NCBI GenBank assembly: GCA_965224085.1
Contig: CBDCYI010000004.1
Span: forward strand, 576,001-640,000
Length of the DNA stretch: 64,000 nucleotides
Direction of reading: 5' to 3'
Origin: Candidatus Marinacidobacterales bacterium
Lineage (GTDB): Bacteria; Acidobacteriota; Vicinamibacteria; Marinacidobacterales; SMYC01
The notes under the pieces are model-generated. The model worked only from the letters and a program-made list of their open reading frames with translations. It was not told the origin of the DNA and did not search any database. The translations under genes and the position numbers were made by a program. Below, one piece after another: positions 60,039 to 64,000 of this stretch (position 1 is its first letter; each line of letters begins with the position of its first letter).

Positions 60039-60679
60039 GCGTCGTCCAGAGGCGGCGGCTCGTCGACCGCGCGGAAAAGGTCCCGACAGGTCCTCGCGCC
60101 GATCTCACGGCGGTAGCAGCGGTCGTTGGCGTCCGTGCTCCGAAAATAATGCGTCACGAGCGCGACGGCGACATGGGAGTCGCCGGGACGCGCGGCGAGT
60201 TCCGATGTCCCGGGGTGTCGCGCCCCGATGGCGGCCTCGATGAGCGTGCGCTTTTGTCGCGCGTCCAGCGAACCGAAGGAGGCGCCGAACTCCGCCTCCG
60301 CTCGGCTCGTCAGCTCCGTCAGGTCGCCTTGATACCCGCGCGCGGGATTCTCGGGTGCTCTTCGAATCTCCGTGAAGCCGTAGCCGTGGTCGAGCACGGC
60401 GCCGGCTCGATAGCCGCGAAGCCAACCGAGGAATGCGTCTACCGCGCACGCTCTCGCTGCATCGTCGAGCTCGCTCGGAAGCACCGTACGGGCGACGGCA
60501 TGAAGTAACTCCTCATTCAAGCCATCGGATTCGAGCGGAGCGCTCCGCGCTCTCTTCGTCCATCGCGGGAAGAGCCCCGAGAGCATCGAGCCGAGCCACA
60601 CAAAGACGGCCCGCAAGAAACTACGGCGGGACTTCCCGTTGACTGCCGCAGCCACTCCCACGGATGCGGGGCGGCTCAT
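60035..60679 (-). CDS. Tat-exported small subunit (gluconate 2-dehydrogenase subunit 3-like)
   Basis: SRRSFL Tat motif; F.SLD...R helix pattern; translationally coupled to the GMC gene. Confidence 0.7.
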   Translation of the reverse strand: MSRPASVGVAAAVNGKSRRSFLRAVFVWLGSMLSGLFPRWTKRARSAPLESDGLNEELLHAVARTVLPSELDDAARACAVDAFLGWLRGYRAGAVLDHGYGFTEIRRAPENPARGYQGDLTELTSRAEAEFGASFGSLDARQKRTLIEAAIGARHPGTSELAARPGDSHVAVALVTHYFRSTDANDRCYRREIGARTCRDLFRAVDEPPPLDDA

Positions 60680-61059
60680 GTTTCCTCACCGAACACGTGC
60701 GTCGCTCCTGTCGATGCGAGGGAGAGTATAACGCACGATCCGAAGTGGTGATGAACCGCTCGCGTCAGACGAGGTCCGAAAGGCTCCACTCTCAGGGAGG
60801 CCCGGCTCCGAAGTCGAGCGCCTTGGCGACTTCGCGCGCATCGCCGGGCGCTACACGCACCAGGCTCGGGAGCCTCACCGAATCGGCGGCGCGCACCAGG
60901 GGCTCGCACTGGTCGAGGCCATAGGAGCTGTGCTCGGAGTCGAGGATGACGAAATCGAAGCCGGCGTGCCCGAATGATCTCGACCTGCGAGGCGTTGGGT
61001 CCGTTGAGCCAGGTTCCGACGAGTGTCTCGCCTTCGTGAAAGCGCGTTTTGAGAGCCAC
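60676..61059 (-). pseudogene. HpcH/HpaI aldolase relic
   Basis: LVGTW...GFDFVILDSEH...LVRAA...LVRV...KALDFGA spans a frameshift, then truncates. Confidence 0.7.
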
Positions 61060-61097
61060 CGTTTCTCCTCCGGCTTCGGTCGACTATAACCCGGGCG

Positions 61098-61881
61098 TCA
61101 AGCCACGTCGCTCAGACCTTTCCAGATCAAGCTGGCGGCGGCGAGGAGCAGAACCGCTTGAAAGATTTGATAGAAGCGCTCGGTCGGAAGGCGGCGAAAG
61201 AACCAAGTCCCGGCGAGGCCCCCCAAAAGAACCACCGGAAACAGTATTGCCGCCTCAGCCACCGTCTGGCGGGTGATGTAGCCGCTCGCGACCAGAAGTA
61301 CCGTCCGCCACCCAACGATAAGAGCGCTCAGAAGCAGCGTCGTGCCGCGGAAAGTGCGGGCATCGGGACAGACGTTGCGCAGGTACGTAGCGATAAAGAA
61401 GATACCTCCGGCTCCGCTGACCCCGCTCACGAGCCCGGCCGTCGCCGCCAGAGGCACCAGCCAAACGGTCCGGGACATGTCGACGCGCTCCGAAAGCAAA
61501 GCGAGCAGCTGTGACTGTTCCGCAAAGGCGACCAGACCGAGGGCCGTTCCCAGAACCAAGGTCAGCCAGGTAGCATCGAGTCTTCCAAAGATCCAGATAC
61601 CGACCGCCGCTCCGATGTAGTTGGCGACGAACGCGCCGCGCGATCCTCCAGTCGCCGTCTCGTATGCCCTGATGCAGGAACTGGATCTGGGAAAACGCAT
61701 TGGTGGTAAGCCCCAGAAGCACCGCACGGTGAGGCCCCAGGAAAAAAGTACCGAAAAGGATCACCGGCGACAGCGCACCGAGCCCGACCGCACCTTTGAC
61801 GAAGAACGACAGGAAATAGGTCAGGATCAGCAGCAGAATGCCGGTGGACGAAACGTCGGAAAAGGTAGGAAGGCCGAACAA
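61098..61881 (-). CDS. TauE/SafE-family exporter; frameshift near 61650
   Basis: FVKGAVGLG and AGLVSGVSGAGG halves lie in two frames. Confidence 0.75.
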
Positions 61882-61971
61882 ACGAGAACTCGAGAACTCT
61901 CAGCCGCAACTCTATGTGCGACGGTTCGCAACAGAGCATACAGGAACAATACAGGTTTGCCGCAAACAACC

Positions 61972-64000
61972 TCACTCGTCCCGAACGGCGAAGGCGAAGA
62001 GGGTCGTTCCGGACGGAATCATGACGTACTGCGTTTCGTCCAGCATGTACGTGATGGGAGCAGCCCAGATGGGGGCGCCTGTCTGAAAATGCCACAGGTC
62101 CTCACCGGTGCGGGCGTCGAACGCCATCAGGTTTCCGTCCATGTCGCCGCCGAAGACGAGGCCGCCATCCGTTGCGAGGGTGCCTCCCATCGAGGCGGTG
62201 AAGTAGCGGAACTCCCACTTTATTTCCGCGGTGAGCGGATCGATGGCCCGCAGCGCGCTAAAGGCGCGGGGGCCCGAAGGCCGGTACGTACCGCCGAAAT
62301 AGGTACTGGCCCTCGATGAACTCCTGGGGCCATGCGTAGTAGGTCGCGCAGGCTTCACGGGCCGTCACATAGAACCATCCGGTGGAAGGGTTGAAAGAAG
62401 GAGACATCCAGTTCGTCGCTCCTTCGACGTCGGGACACGTGAAGGTGCCGTCGGCGCTGGGCGTGTTATCGGGAAGCAGGACGGGTTTGCCATCCGGCCC
62501 AATCTCCTCAGCCCAGGTAGTGTGAACGTAGGGCTTTGCCTGCAAGAGCTCTCCGTTCGTCCGATCGAGGGTGTAGAAGAAACCGTTCCGGTTGGCCAGC
62601 ATCAAGAGCTTTTGCGTGCCCAGCTCTCCTTCGATGTCCGCGAGCACCGGCACCTGGTTCGCATCCCAGTCGTGCGTGTCGTGGGGCGTGAACTGGTAGT
62701 ACCACCGCAGCTCGCCGGTGTCGGCATCGAGGGCCACCACCGAATCGGTGTAGAGGTTGGCCCCGGGGCGCACTTCGCCCAGAAGGTCCGGGCCGGGGTT
62801 CCCGGTTCCCCAATAGAGGAGGTTCAACTCGGGATCGTAAGTTCCCGTCAACCACGTGGAGCCTCCACCGCGCTGCCACGCGTCCCCTGCCCAGGTGTCG
62901 CCGCCGGGCTGGCCGGGCTCGGGCACCGTCCAGAAGCGCCAGCGCCTCTTTCCGGTGTCGGCATCGTAGGCGTCCAGAAACCCTCGCGTGCCGTACTCGG
63001 CACCGGCAATGCCTACCACCACCTTGTCCTTCACCACCAGCGGCGCGGCGGTGGCGGAGTAGCCCCGTCCGGGATCGGCAATGTGGACGTCCCAGATCAG
63101 ACTTCCCGTCTTCGCGTCCAGCGCCACCAGACGCGCGTCGAGCGTCGCCATGTAGAGTCGGCCCTGATATATCGCAAAGCCACGATTGACGGAGCCGCAG
63201 CAGACGTTGAGGAGCTCCGGCAGCGGCTTGCGATAGTGCCAGATGGTTCGGCCGGTCCGGGCGTCGAGAGCCCAGGCGTGGTTGTCCTGCCCCGTGACGA
63301 ACAGGACCCCGTCGACGACGATGGGCGATGCCTCGAACTTTCCGAGGACACCGGTTTGAAACGTCCATCGGGGCGCCAGGCTCCGCACGTTCTCCGTCGT
63401 GATACGGGCCAACGGACTGTTCCGCTGGCCGGTATAGTCTCCCGAATATGTGAGCCACCGTTGTGGGTTGTCGAGCCCCGCGAGGAGGTCTTCGCGACCG
63501 ATCCCCTGCGCTATATCCTTCGCCGTTCCGGTGAGAGCCGCCGTGGTTCCAAGGGTGCGGAGGTAGCTCACGAGATCGTCGAGTTCGGCGTCCGTGAACT
63601 TCTCGGGACCGTAGTCCGGCATGAGCGAACGCTTTTCGTGGATGACCTCTGCCACGTCACTCTTGAGGAGAAGGCGAAGCTCCTCGTACGCATCCATCCA
63701 TTGAATCGAAAAGGTATCTTCGTTCTTCCTGACACCGGGAATGCGCCTCCCGTCCCGAAGGACAACGGTGACGGGCTCGTATCCCGGAGGGAAGTACTCG
63801 CTCGCATTACGGAGCTCCCGTGTCAGCGCCGATCGTGAGCGTGCCCGGCCGATGTTCGACAAATCGGGGCCGAGCCGCCCGCCACGACCTTGGATTCGGT
63901 GACACTGATCGCACAGACCTTTGCCCCAATAAATCTCCTCACCGGCGGCAGCATCTCCCGGCTCTTGTCGATCCGTTCCCGAGCTCCTCAAGCTGCGCAG
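61972..64000 (-). CDS. PQQ-dependent dehydrogenase with N-terminal cytochrome c; 5' end beyond the window; frameshift near 62290
   Basis: CDQCH..GPDLS, VCCGSVNRG, AGAEYG, GNPGP and TPHDTHDWDA motifs; Trp-docking repeats; the C-terminus lies in ORF 61972-62358. Confidence 0.88.

Overview
A GC-rich bacterial chromosomal window, most likely Acidobacteriota. The taxonomic inference rests on a VWA-related acidobacterial protein, an ADOP-permease relic and a cytochrome c-fused PQQ-type quinoprotein. Gene content, left to right: (1) the 3' part of a reductive-dehalogenase-like Fe-S gene, then a LuxR regulator split by an intact ISAzo13 element, and two HtrA proteases. (2) A radical SAM gene, PfkB, TPR and VWA genes, and a free-standing 25-aa Lys-rich microprotein transcription unit that the ORF track misses. 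(3) An L-fucose-type oxidative catabolism/ABC cluster and a glutamate-cysteine ligase-CBS fusion. (4) A Rieske/cytochrome b/octaheme HAO-like operon and a sigma54-preceded CusCBA plus NosL-like copper cluster. (5) A molybdoenzyme module, YtxH/holin-X/DUF3618, HupE/UreJ plus two PPIases, Xni, UvrD, Lon/Hsp20 and TonB. (6) A 7.8-kb segment bracketed by inverted copies of an IS1634 left end. (7) GMC and PQQ dehydrogenases. No rRNA, tRNA or CRISPR array was seen. Several single-base frameshifts at homopolymers look like long-read errors, but many true gene relics are also present. Many genes appear leaderless. All calls come from reading motifs by eye; no database searches were run.
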